DNA from: Alphaproteobacteria bacterium | Lineage (GTDB): Bacteria > Pseudomonadota > Alphaproteobacteria > SP197 | Assembly (NCBI GenBank): GCA_965228895.1 | Contig: OZ245842.1 | Location: 4,160,001-4,224,000 of the forward strand | Length of the DNA stretch: 64,000 nucleotides | Reading direction: 5' to 3' | Shown: piece after piece, positions 30,701-39,690 of the stretch | Numbering within the stretch: position 1 is the stretch's first letter | Layout: each line of letters starts with the position of its first letter | Translations under genes and position numbers: made by a program | Notes under the pieces: generated by a model | What the model was told of the DNA's origin: nothing | The model's database searches: none | Seen by the model: the letters and a program-made list of their open reading frames with translations, nothing else

Positions 30701-33700
30701 AGCGGCAGCTCAGCACTATCTGGCAAGATCTGTTGGGACAGGCCGATATCGGTGTTCTCGACAACTTCTTCCGCGTCGGTGGCGACTCGATCCTCGCCAT
30801 ACGTATGGTCGCCCGGGCCTTTGACGCCGGCCTGTCCATCAGTCTGAAAGACGTGTTTGAGCATCAGACCATTGAAGGTCTGGCCGCCGTCGCCGTCTCG
30901 CAAAGGCAGCAGCAGGGGCTGGGTACGGGCGATCAATTCTTTGCCATGGAGCTGTTGCCGCAGGCCGGTGACGAAACAACACCGGTTGCCCTGGCCAGTG
31001 TCGCCATGGATCGTTCGATAGGCTCCGTCGAATTGGGTTTCGCCATCCAGCGATTGGCCGAGCGTCACGACGGGCTGCGCCTTAGGGTCGTTGCCGACGG
31101 TGTGACGCGGCGGCTGACGCTCGACGATTTCTTACCCGTGGTACCGGTGCGCACGGTTGACGTGCCCGGCCTCGAAGACGACCAGATCGACGCATGGATC
31201 GATGCGCACCGCGATCGCTTGTGCCGTGGTCTGGATCTCACGACCGGCGTCACGATTGCCGCCACGTTGGTCAACCGGCCGCCCAATCTTGGTCCGGTCC
31301 TTGTGATCGCTCTGCACCGCGCTGTTGCCGATGACCGCTCGCTCGTGCTGCTGGCCGCCGAGCTGGAAATGGAAGTCAGAAGCGGCCTTGAGACCCGCCC
31401 GGCGCCAGTGTCGGGCCCGACATTCAGGGACTGGCTCAACTGGCTCCGGGACTATGCGTCCGGCAAGACGGTTCGCGACTGCGCCACGGCGCTGGAACCT
31501 CATGCGAACCATGTGGGCACACCGGCCTTCTTGGACGACCGTGGTCTGTCTGACGTCCGGGCCGAATTGTGGCTGGAGTCGGCACTGACGCGTGCGCTGA
31601 CCGCCGAGATTCCATCGAAACTGGATGTGTCGCCTGTTGACCCCATTCTCGCTGCTTTGCGCCGGGCCATCGCGCCCAACGACTCGAGCAACGATCTGGT
31701 GATCGAGACGCTAGACGGGCTCCGCGCGTTGCCGCCGAGCGCACCGGACACCGACGGAATCGTGGGCAATCTGGAGTCCGTTCTGCCGATCCAGATCCGA
31801 TCATCGGTTCGCAATCAGGCTGAACGCCTGACATCGGCCAAGGCAGCCCGCCAGTCGGTCGAGCCGATCGGACCGGTCTGCCGGGTCGTACAGACAACTT
31901 TTGACCTGCCCACCGCCCAAGTCGGTCTTGTCTTGCGTTCGCCGATGCGTCCGGATGGGCCGTTGCGCTTGCATCAACTGCCAAGTTTCTCCGCCACCGT
32001 ACGCGCCGCGCTGGTTGCCGAGATCGTCGATGGCCGTTTGCGGTTGCGTTGGGTCGGCGCACAGGCGACAGCTGACGCGGCCATGGTCTTGCGCCACATT
32101 GCCGACGATCTGGCGGCGTTCGCGGCTTGGGCGACGGAGCAGCGCGCGCCGCTCCGTACGCCCTTGGACTTCCCGTTGGCCAGCTTGACGGCGGATGAGC
32201 TTAAGGCAATCTCAGGCGACGAGTCCGATATCCAGGACATCTATCCGCTGTCGCCGATGCAGGAAGCGATGCTGGTTCATTCGCTGTCGGCAACCGGGTC
32301 GGAAGTGAACTTCGAGCAAAGCTGCACGCGTTTTACCGGTCCTCTCGATGTTGCGGCCTTTCAACGCGCCTGGACTTATGTCTTCGACCGCCATCCGGTT
32401 CTGCGCACGACGTTTCGCTGGCGCGGACTCGAACGGCCGCTTCAGATCGTTCACCGTCACGTGCCGGCACCGTTGGCTGTCGAGACATGGTCCGCGTTCG
32501 ACCAAACAAAGCTGGACGACACGCTGGCCGATGATCGCGCCTTGGGTTTCGATCTGGAAACCGGTCCGCTCGTGCGCATGCGGTTGATCAAGACAGCAAC
32601 CGACGTAGCCTACCTGATCGCGAGCTTTCATCACCTGCTGGTCGACGGCTGGTGCCTTTCCCGATTGGATTGGGAAGTGCGCGCGGCCTATGAGGCCTTT
32701 CATCGTGGTACGCCACCAATGCTTGAAACCGTTGCACCCTATCGCGACTACATCGCTTGGCTCGCCGAGGTCGATCGCGGCGCGATGCGGCGGTACTTCG
32801 CGGCAGGCCTGGCGAACCCGCCGGACCAACTGCCGATCCGCACGGTCGAGCCGCAGCGGGGTTTTGCGACGGCGCGTGTCGTCCTTGATCCAGCGACAAG
32901 CCGCGGGCTGAATGGATTGGCACGCCGGCGCGGCGTGACGATCGGCGCGCTGGCCCATCTGGCGTGGGGATTGTGGTCGGCGGCCAGTCGCGGCCGGGCG
33001 GACACGGTCTTCTGCACCACGGTCTCCGGGCGTCCGCCGAACATTCCGGGTGTCGAGCAGATGGTCGGTCTGTTCATCAACAACCTGCCGCTCAGGCTGC
33101 AGTTCGACGACCGGACGCCGGTCGGCGACCTCGCCGCCGGTGTGCAAACGCAACTCGGCGAGCTGCAAAGTCACGCCTACATCTCGCCCCTTGAAGTGTT
33201 GGACGCGGCCGATGCGGCCGATCGCGCGGCGGGCCTGTTCGATACGCTGGTGGTGGTCGAGAACGTGCCGTCGGGCACCAGCGCATGGGCCGGCTCCACT
33301 GACCTGTCGGTCGAGTCCGTCCACGGCACACTCAAGACAGCCTATGGCCTGACCTTTGTTGTCATCCCCGGCGAGGAGATCGTGCTCTCCCTGGTGCTGC
33401 CGGATGCCGATGGCGGCGCCGGCGAGGAGGGCGAGGCTATCCTCGCCGAGATCAGCGCCATCCTGACCGCCCTGCCGTCAACGATCGACGGGATGGTGGC
33501 AGACCTGCCTCTACCGGCCGCGCGGGATCCGGAGCGCCCGTCGCCCTCCCGGGCCGCCCGGACACCTGGCTCCCTGACCGAGAGGCCGCGCAGCACCCTG
33601 GAGGCGATCGTCGCCGATACCGTCGCCGCCTTGGTCGATGGTGATATCGGTCTTGATGATGACTTCGCGGCGCTGGGCCTGACCTCACTCAGCATTGCCA

Positions 33701-34683
33701 ATCTCGCGGCGCGTCTTGCCGCGCAGCTGGATCGGCCGGTGCCGGTGACACTGATGCTGGAGCATCGCAGCGTGGCCGCCTTGGCGGCGGCGCTCGGCAA
33801 GGGCCAAGCCTGGGACGCCGTCGTTCCGATGTCGGGCGGAACGGGCGAACCGTTCGTCTGTGTTCATCCGATTGCCGGCGATGTCAGCGCTTTTTTGGAT
33901 CTGGCGCAGGCCATGCCGGACGACATTCCTTTGTGGGCGCTTCAGGCACCAGGCTTGGAACCGGGGCAAGCGCCCATCGACAGCGTCGAATGTTTGGCCG
34001 CGGCAAATCTGGCGGCCCTATCCCAGCGCGGTCTTTCAGACCCGAAATGGCTGGGCGGCTATTCGTTCGGCGGCATCGTGGCCTTCGAGATGGCGCGCCA
34101 ACTGGCGGCAAATGACATGGTCACCGAACGCGTCGTCATCATCGATACGCCAGCGCCCCTCGGCCATGTTTCGGTTCTCAGCAGCGACCCCGATGACGCC
34201 CATGCCGAATGGCTGCTGCGCATGGCCGATGTCAGGGCGCGCTATCACAGATCGACGACGCCGTTCGATCTCAACGACCTGCTGCAACGTGACCGCACCG
34301 AACGGATCCGGTTCGCGACACAGCGTCTGCATGACAGCGGGATGCTGCCGCAGGACGCCGATGCCGCCTGGCTGGAGCGGGCCCACCACACGGGCATGAC
34401 GCTTTACGAAGCGTTCCTGAACTATGCACCGGACCCGGCCGCGGCACGTGACCTGCCCCTTGGCTTAATTCGCGCTTCAAACCAGGCGTCCGGCGACCTC
34501 GAAGAGGTGGAAGAACGTTGGCGCGACGATCCGACCATGGGTTGGTCTCAGTTCATCGATGGGCCGATTGATATCGTGACCGTCGAAGGCGACCACGTCT
34601 CGATCCTGGCCGGGAAACAAGCCGATGCGGTGGCGCGGGCGATCAAGGCGATGCTTGAACGTGTGCCCGCCGCGGCGCAGTGA
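27751..34683 (+). CDS. NRPS, C-A-T-E(degenerate)-C-T-TE (2310 aa)
   Basis: HHILADG; A domain with YVMFTSGSTG and NGYGPTE; GGDSI; E-like region with HRAVADD; HHLLVDG; LGLTSL; thioesterase GYSFG...GDH. Confidence 0.93.
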   Translation: MNSGYLASVSFGQRQIRFLELLRPGQSSFAMPLIVDVTGPADPVALCAALQSVVDRHDVLRASFPLVDGSPVQAVRDVMPLDVASTNVDGTEPETWRSHLLKAADDLAALPFDLAAGPLIRARLLRESERRHGIVVVLHHILADGASLDILARDLVAAYDAAHGGAAPDQDALPLQFTDFADWEQESFGQADTPELQAAATYWRARLRNAPSVLDLPFDRRRRTDGETASAHHSLTVDGPIAERLNAVARQSGATPLMAFLAVWIAVLRRWSGLDDLVVTIPISKRTRPELADLIGLFVDTLPIRTAVDGDTTFQDLLGQVRQALLEGMEHRELPFERIVQAIGIERRSDIIPLMQVLFGAHQDQDELPETAGGCHFDLLSDSVEQAAKTDLSMVYRPGPDSLDLWCRYDAMLFDASTVEALLQWYGKVAMAVADQPDTIIDTIPLVDEAGGKDLVARFNATHRAYPRERSAIDLFFEIATSSPSAIAIEEDGNKQSYDEVASRVHRLAAVLAAEGVGKGDTVILAMTLSATCIELMLAVLTLGAVFAPIDPNYPKTRRDELAQSIKARFGIAHDDGLELTVETVLLAGDLQSRSMAAEPHPGTPVDASDTAYVMFTSGSTGVPKGVAVPHRAIVRLVSNTDFCRFGPQTRCVAYSNPAFDASTLEVWAPLLNGGTVVPVDRTVIMDARSLREFLSANNINLMWMTAGLFQQIVTVDATVFAGDRTLIAGGDVVNPASARAVLAAGEGTGFRLLNGYGPTENTVFSTVYDIGDLEETATTIPIGRPIANSTAYVLDPNGHPAPVGVVGEIYVGGDGVALGYVGDAERTASSFPIDPFSAQPGARMYRTGDLGRWRSDGVIQFVGRADNQVKVRGFRIELNEISAALARHPNVGAVAVTAPRQESGTRQLVAYVVGKDGRSPDQGALRSHLQAQLPPHMLPHAYVAMDELPLTINGKVDTKALPPVEAQNYDRADITLAPRTSEERQLSTIWQDLLGQADIGVLDNFFRVGGDSILAIRMVARAFDAGLSISLKDVFEHQTIEGLAAVAVSQRQQQGLGTGDQFFAMELLPQAGDETTPVALASVAMDRSIGSVELGFAIQRLAERHDGLRLRVVADGVTRRLTLDDFLPVVPVRTVDVPGLEDDQIDAWIDAHRDRLCRGLDLTTGVTIAATLVNRPPNLGPVLVIALHRAVADDRSLVLLAAELEMEVRSGLETRPAPVSGPTFRDWLNWLRDYASGKTVRDCATALEPHANHVGTPAFLDDRGLSDVRAELWLESALTRALTAEIPSKLDVSPVDPILAALRRAIAPNDSSNDLVIETLDGLRALPPSAPDTDGIVGNLESVLPIQIRSSVRNQAERLTSAKAARQSVEPIGPVCRVVQTTFDLPTAQVGLVLRSPMRPDGPLRLHQLPSFSATVRAALVAEIVDGRLRLRWVGAQATADAAMVLRHIADDLAAFAAWATEQRAPLRTPLDFPLASLTADELKAISGDESDIQDIYPLSPMQEAMLVHSLSATGSEVNFEQSCTRFTGPLDVAAFQRAWTYVFDRHPVLRTTFRWRGLERPLQIVHRHVPAPLAVETWSAFDQTKLDDTLADDRALGFDLETGPLVRMRLIKTATDVAYLIASFHHLLVDGWCLSRLDWEVRAAYEAFHRGTPPMLETVAPYRDYIAWLAEVDRGAMRRYFAAGLANPPDQLPIRTVEPQRGFATARVVLDPATSRGLNGLARRRGVTIGALAHLAWGLWSAASRGRADTVFCTTVSGRPPNIPGVEQMVGLFINNLPLRLQFDDRTPVGDLAAGVQTQLGELQSHAYISPLEVLDAADAADRAAGLFDTLVVVENVPSGTSAWAGSTDLSVESVHGTLKTAYGLTFVVIPGEEIVLSLVLPDADGGAGEEGEAILAEISAILTALPSTIDGMVADLPLPAARDPERPSPSRAARTPGSLTERPRSTLEAIVADTVAALVDGDIGLDDDFAALGLTSLSIANLAARLAAQLDRPVPVTLMLEHRSVAALAAALGKGQAWDAVVPMSGGTGEPFVCVHPIAGDVSAFLDLAQAMPDDIPLWALQAPGLEPGQAPIDSVECLAAANLAALSQRGLSDPKWLGGYSFGGIVAFEMARQLAANDMVTERVVIIDTPAPLGHVSVLSSDPDDAHAEWLLRMADVRARYHRSTTPFDLNDLLQRDRTERIRFATQRLHDSGMLPQDADAAWLERAHHTGMTLYEAFLNYAPDPAAARDLPLGLIRASNQASGDLEEVEERWRDDPTMGWSQFIDGPIDIVTVEGDHVSILAGKQADAVARAIKAMLERVPAAAQ

Positions 34684-34692
34684 CGGCCCGTT

Positions 34693-35559
34693 CTAGACGC
34701 GAACTTCCGGGAACATATCGCCGGTAATCGGTTTGCCGACATCAAGGTCCACATCAAAGCCGGCTTCGATCAATTGCTTGACGACGGGCTGGCCATGCGG
34801 CGCCAAGACGGCGGTTTCGTCGACCCATCGGGTGACCATGCGTCGGGTGTCGTAGTCCAGCGTGTTGCCGGGTGCGCCGTGCAACGCGCGGGCGTGAAAC
34901 ACAATGCAGTCGCCGGGTTCCATGTCCCAGGCGAGAATGTCGTACGCGTCGCGATCGGCCTCAATATCCGGCACCGGTGAAAAGACATCGCCGTCGGCGC
35001 GCAATCCCATCTTGCCGTGGTAGGCGACATAGAACTGTTCAGCACCGGCGACGTTGTCGTCGGTCTGTTGCTCAAAGAAACTCTTGGGCATAAGAAGCTG
35101 ATCCCACTTGTGCGAACCCCGCACAAACTCCAGCGCCGCCTCGCGTGGTATCGGATCGAGCGCAACCCAGACCGAGCAGAACGGCCCAAGGACGACGTTG
35201 TCGTGGTGCCACGGCGTACGCTCAAACGTGCCGGGGCTCTTGACGAACCACGTATCCTGCAGAAGCCGTACGCGATCTGTCCGAAGACACTGCGCGGCGA
35301 TCGAAGCGGAAGGCGAATGAAGCGCGAAGTCCTCGAACTCCTCAACATAGCGACGCGCCCACATATCAGACAGAAAGGCGCCGCCATCATCGCTGGACAT
35401 GCTCTGAAACAAGGCACTTGGGTGCTCAATGTTCTTGCGGATTCCGTCACCCGCCAGATCGACCCAGTGCTCTGAGAACGCGCCTCGAAGACAGATCGCA
35501 CCATTGACATCAAGCTCGGCTATTGCGGCGTTATCGAGCACGGCAGCTTCAGGACTCAT
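34693..35559 (-). CDS. Phytanoyl-CoA dioxygenase (PhyH) family Fe/2OG oxygenase
   Basis: K.PG...TPWHHD, SVWVALD, FVRGSH and MEPGDCIVFHARALHGA motifs. Start placed at ATG 35559. Confidence 0.88.
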   Translation of the reverse strand: MSPEAAVLDNAAIAELDVNGAICLRGAFSEHWVDLAGDGIRKNIEHPSALFQSMSSDDGGAFLSDMWARRYVEEFEDFALHSPSASIAAQCLRTDRVRLLQDTWFVKSPGTFERTPWHHDNVVLGPFCSVWVALDPIPREAALEFVRGSHKWDQLLMPKSFFEQQTDDNVAGAEQFYVAYHGKMGLRADGDVFSPVPDIEADRDAYDILAWDMEPGDCIVFHARALHGAPGNTLDYDTRRMVTRWVDETAVLAPHGQPVVKQLIEAGFDVDLDVGKPITGDMFPEVRV

Positions 35560-35766
35560 GTCGAACCTCGGGGCTGGTAGGTCGTGTGGTCGTCGCAATC
35601 AATTCGATATGACCACTGACTTGAGAGGCACGCCATTCTATCATCAACTTTGGTTGCACCTCTACGGAGCTTTTCAAAACCCACATGAACCAACGCATTT
35701 CGATTCCAAATCTGTGTGTTGCACAGTGAGACTGGATGCGTATTCCTGGAACGTGCTGGTCGCGCC

Positions 35767-36555
35767 GTGAGTGAACGGTCATCGATACACAGCGGATCCT
35801 GGATGCGGATCTTGCGCCCGTCGTCGTCCAACGTGACGATCGTCTGTTTTCCGCACGCCGGCGCGGGCATCCTGTCGGTCGCTAAGCTGGCACGGTCAAT
35901 CCCCGATCGATTCGGTCTCGTCGCGGTCACCCTGCCCGGCAGGGAACCCGGCGACAACGTGGCGCCGCCGCGCCGGGCCGCAGCGGCGGGCAGCAAACTC
36001 GCTGGCGATCTAGCCACGCACATCAAGTACGACGACGGGTCGGCTCGTCTCGTGTTGCTCGGCAACAGTTACGGCGCACTCCTCGCCTTCGAGACGGCCC
36101 GATCACTTCAAGCCTTGCCCGACGTTCATCTTGATCCAGACACGGTGCAACTCGTTGTTTCGGGATTCCGTTCGCCGTCATTGCCACCAAGTGAGGCCCC
36201 GCTCTTTCGCCTGCCAACACCGGATCTTTTTGCCGAACTTGCCGACCGGTTCGGTGTTCCCGTTGACGAACTGGAAGCAGCCGGCCTCTACGGCTTGGAG
36301 GACGCTCTGCGTGCGGACCTGGAGGCTTGTGACACGTACCGTGTCGGCGACGGCCCGATGCTCGACAATCGCATTGATATCCTGCGGATGACGCAAGATC
36401 CTTCGGTCTCTCGACCCGAGCTGAGGGCCTGGCAAGATGTGACGACGGGTCCGGTGGTCACGACCGACGTTGAGGCCGGTCATTTTCCGTGGACCTCCCA
36501 ACCCGACGCGGTGGCAGCGGTCATCGTCTCGCTAACGGCCGGCTTCGACGTCTGA
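35767..36555 (+). CDS. Type II (editing) thioesterase
   Basis: CFPHAGAG, LPGRE, nucleophile motif GNSYG, LRADL and GHF. Start (GTG 35767) uncertain. Confidence 0.88.
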   Translation: MSERSSIHSGSWMRILRPSSSNVTIVCFPHAGAGILSVAKLARSIPDRFGLVAVTLPGREPGDNVAPPRRAAAAGSKLAGDLATHIKYDDGSARLVLLGNSYGALLAFETARSLQALPDVHLDPDTVQLVVSGFRSPSLPPSEAPLFRLPTPDLFAELADRFGVPVDELEAAGLYGLEDALRADLEACDTYRVGDGPMLDNRIDILRMTQDPSVSRPELRAWQDVTTGPVVTTDVEAGHFPWTSQPDAVAAVIVSLTAGFDV

Positions 36556-36909
36556 GAACGACGTCGTTTGGCGTCCCGCCGCACACCGGTCGAATGGCGT
36601 TGTCGATGCGTTGGCGGCCGGTTGTTCATGGCCGTCCCAGCGCATAACTCGATTGCGTGTCACATTGTCATCACAGCAACAGAAGACTAAGTGGAAATGT
36701 GCGGATCTATTTGATTTTGCAGTATATTTTTTACTAGAAACTGGATTATGTTGTTGCACGAAAAAGCAATGAACCATAGCCTTACTGCGTCGGCGCAGTC
36801 AGATGAGATCCTTTAGGCAATGCGTGTCTTGAAGGCGGTTTCGCGGTTGCTTGGATACCGGATCTACGACGGCTTCAAGTAGCTTTTCTGGACGAAGACC
36901 GGTGGTGAT

Positions 36910-39690
36910 TTGAGTCGATTTGCAATAGGTCATTCCAAGAGCCGTACCAAAGAGAAGCTGGAGCAGATCTACGCGACAGCTTGTCAATGGCTGGAGGTGG
37001 AGCCCGATGACGGTTTCGTCGACGCGGTGCTGCACGAAGGGCTGGAAAGCCCAAACGGCGATCTCGGCAGCCTACTGATATCCAAGCTCCTGACCGAAAA
37101 GTTCGCCATGCCGTCGGGCGCACTTGGTCTGATCGGGATCGGTCTGCTCCACGCCATTGTGGATGCGAATGATACGAGCGACGTCGACGCTTCCGGGAAG
37201 TATGGCAACATTGTCGTGTCGACCGACGAGGTCTCTGACCTCGAAGGTCTCGCCTCGCGTTTGCTGCTTCCGCAAGTCGATCCGACCGATGTCAGACGCG
37301 CCGCGGCGTTTGTCGCGTTCTTGTTGTCGACTCACGGTCCCAAGGTTCTCATCGCGTTTGGGCGCGCCATGGGTCCCGGCGACTCGGTCGATAAGGCAAG
37401 CATGGCGGCCACCGGCAAGTCGGCTGCTGTCCTTGAACTCGAATGGCAAAGCACAGCCAGCGACCAGAACCTCACAATGGGGCCTTGGCATGTTCTGACG
37501 TGGACGGCCAAGGCCGCGCGACATTTTCCGAAACTGCTGCTCTTCTTCCTTGTCGCGAATGCCGTCCAGATCGCCTACAGCGTCGTTGTGCCCGTTTGGA
37601 TTCAGCAGTTGTTCGACGAAGGCATACAGAAAGACCACATCGGCGTTATTGAGCTCATGCTCACGTTTCTTGTTGTCGGGTTTCTTCTGACGTCAGCCGC
37701 CGGCGTCCTGCTGGATTATTGCGTTGCCGCCTTAGGCCCAAAGATGCTCGAACGCATGCGCTTTCGCATGTTCACCAAACTGCAGCAGATGTCCGCGCGA
37801 TCGCTGTCGCGATACGGAACCGACGAGATTGTCTCCAACTTCTCCAACGATCTGACGGTGCTGGAAAAAGCAGTCATTTGGTCGGTTCCCGGACTGTTCG
37901 CCAAGAGCCTGATACTCGTAGGGTCGGTGGGTATCGCGTTTCACCTCGATTGGCAGTTGGCCGTGCCCATGCTGACGGCAATGACTTTAGCGTTCTGGTT
38001 ACCGCGCCTGATCGGCAAGTGGGCGCTGAGGAAGACCCACGAACGCGGGATCGAGGATGCGAAACTCATTCGCGTGGTGAAAGAGAATGCCCTGTTGCAG
38101 CGCGTCATTCACGCATTCGGCTTGAGACCGACCCTTGTCGATCGGTTCAAGGAACAGCTCGACGGTCTCTACCGCTCAAGCTTGGGGCAGTACTTCTCTT
38201 CGGGATTGGTCGGCCGGGCCACCAACTTCGGCATTAGCGGCAGCCAACTGATCGTCATCGGTCTGGGCGCCGTTCTCTCGGTCGAGGGCGATGTATCGCC
38301 CGGCACGATTGTGGCGTTCATCACGCTGCTGCTCAGTATCGGTGGCGCGGCCGGTTTTATCGGCGCGCAGTTACCGGTCCTGATTCAGGCCGTCGGCAGC
38401 CTGCAGCGCATCGAGACCTTTCTGGCCCAACCGGTCGAGATCAAACAACCAGATACGGTTGAGTCGATGGCGTTGCCCTTGAAGGCCGTGACCTTCGACA
38501 GTGTTTCGTTCAGCTATCAAGGCGACAAGCTAAACCTGAGCAACGTATCGATGCAGATCGACACGCCACAGCGCGTCGCCATCGTGGGTCCTTCTGGGTC
38601 GGGCAAGAGCACGCTGCTTAGCCTGATCGAACATCAGTTCGATCCGACCAACGGGCGAATTTTTTTGAACGGCATTGATCTGCGGATGATCGGCGAAGAG
38701 CAGCATAACGCGCTGATCAATGTCGTGCCGCAGGAGCCACTTCTGTTCCAGACGTCCGTGCGCGAGAACATTCGCATGGGTAAACTTGATGCCACGGACG
38801 AGGAGATCGAGGAAGCGGCGAAGAAGGCGGAAATCCACGACTTCATCGCAAGTTTGCCCGACGGATACAACACAGACACGGGCGAAGCCGGCCGGAAGTT
38901 TTCCGGTGGTCAGCGCCAACGTATCGCAATTGCCCGCGCTATCATCAACAACCCGGAGATCCTGTTGCTCGATGAGGCGACATCGGCCTTGGACGAAGCC
39001 AGCGCCGCTGCGATCAATGAGACGCTGGAGCGGGTGACCCGCGGGCGCACCGTCTTTGCTGTTACCCACCATCTCAACGACTGCGAGGCGATGGATCTGG
39101 TTCTCGTGTTGAAGGACGGCGAGATTGTCGAAAGCGGGACTCACCAGGACCTGGTGGGGCGCGAAGGCGCCTATGCGGACCTGTGGAGCGCCCACACAAT
39201 CGCCAATGCAACCGATGATCTGTCGACGGACGACATCATCAGAATGCTGAGGCGTTTCGCCTTGTTCGAGGATCTTCCGACGGAAACGATCGAGAGCGTG
39301 TTCAAGGGGATGCGGCTCGAGACCGTGCAGACCGGCACCAATTTGCTGGAGGAGGGACAACCAGTTGAGCGTTTCATCCTCATTGTCAAAGGAACGGTCG
39401 AGAGAACCGTGCGTATGCCTAGTGGCCAAATTCATGAGCTGGAGTTGCTTGATGCCGGCGATGCGTTGGGTGAGTACACAATCCTCGACGATGCACGAAA
39501 CCCGGCTACCGCCACAACGACAACGGTCTGCTCACTCCTGTCGATCAACAAAGCAAAGCTCCTCAATCTGTTGGGTAGCGATGCGAGAATGCTGACGCAC
39601 ATCAAAACGATGCTTCGCGCACGCGAAGACGAGATAAGGGAGCACATCACGTGGAGGAAACTGCACGAGCTGGCCATCCCCCGAACTTAG
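36910..39690 (+). CDS. ABC exporter: N-terminal extension + TMD + NBD + C-terminal cNMP-binding domain
   Basis: Walker A GPSGSGKST, FSGGQRQR, LLLDEATSALD. Six-TM region. C-terminal FILIVKGTVE...GDALGE...ATATT cNMP fold. Confidence 0.9.
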   Translation: MSRFAIGHSKSRTKEKLEQIYATACQWLEVEPDDGFVDAVLHEGLESPNGDLGSLLISKLLTEKFAMPSGALGLIGIGLLHAIVDANDTSDVDASGKYGNIVVSTDEVSDLEGLASRLLLPQVDPTDVRRAAAFVAFLLSTHGPKVLIAFGRAMGPGDSVDKASMAATGKSAAVLELEWQSTASDQNLTMGPWHVLTWTAKAARHFPKLLLFFLVANAVQIAYSVVVPVWIQQLFDEGIQKDHIGVIELMLTFLVVGFLLTSAAGVLLDYCVAALGPKMLERMRFRMFTKLQQMSARSLSRYGTDEIVSNFSNDLTVLEKAVIWSVPGLFAKSLILVGSVGIAFHLDWQLAVPMLTAMTLAFWLPRLIGKWALRKTHERGIEDAKLIRVVKENALLQRVIHAFGLRPTLVDRFKEQLDGLYRSSLGQYFSSGLVGRATNFGISGSQLIVIGLGAVLSVEGDVSPGTIVAFITLLLSIGGAAGFIGAQLPVLIQAVGSLQRIETFLAQPVEIKQPDTVESMALPLKAVTFDSVSFSYQGDKLNLSNVSMQIDTPQRVAIVGPSGSGKSTLLSLIEHQFDPTNGRIFLNGIDLRMIGEEQHNALINVVPQEPLLFQTSVRENIRMGKLDATDEEIEEAAKKAEIHDFIASLPDGYNTDTGEAGRKFSGGQRQRIAIARAIINNPEILLLDEATSALDEASAAAINETLERVTRGRTVFAVTHHLNDCEAMDLVLVLKDGEIVESGTHQDLVGREGAYADLWSAHTIANATDDLSTDDIIRMLRRFALFEDLPTETIESVFKGMRLETVQTGTNLLEEGQPVERFILIVKGTVERTVRMPSGQIHELELLDAGDALGEYTILDDARNPATATTTTVCSLLSINKAKLLNLLGSDARMLTHIKTMLRAREDEIREHITWRKLHELAIPRT

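Noticed and set aside
36820-36909. In-frame ATG and TAG upstream of the ABC exporter, considered as stop readthrough
   Set aside because: Only 20 codons with no motif or recoding signal; TTG 36910 has a plausible RBS.
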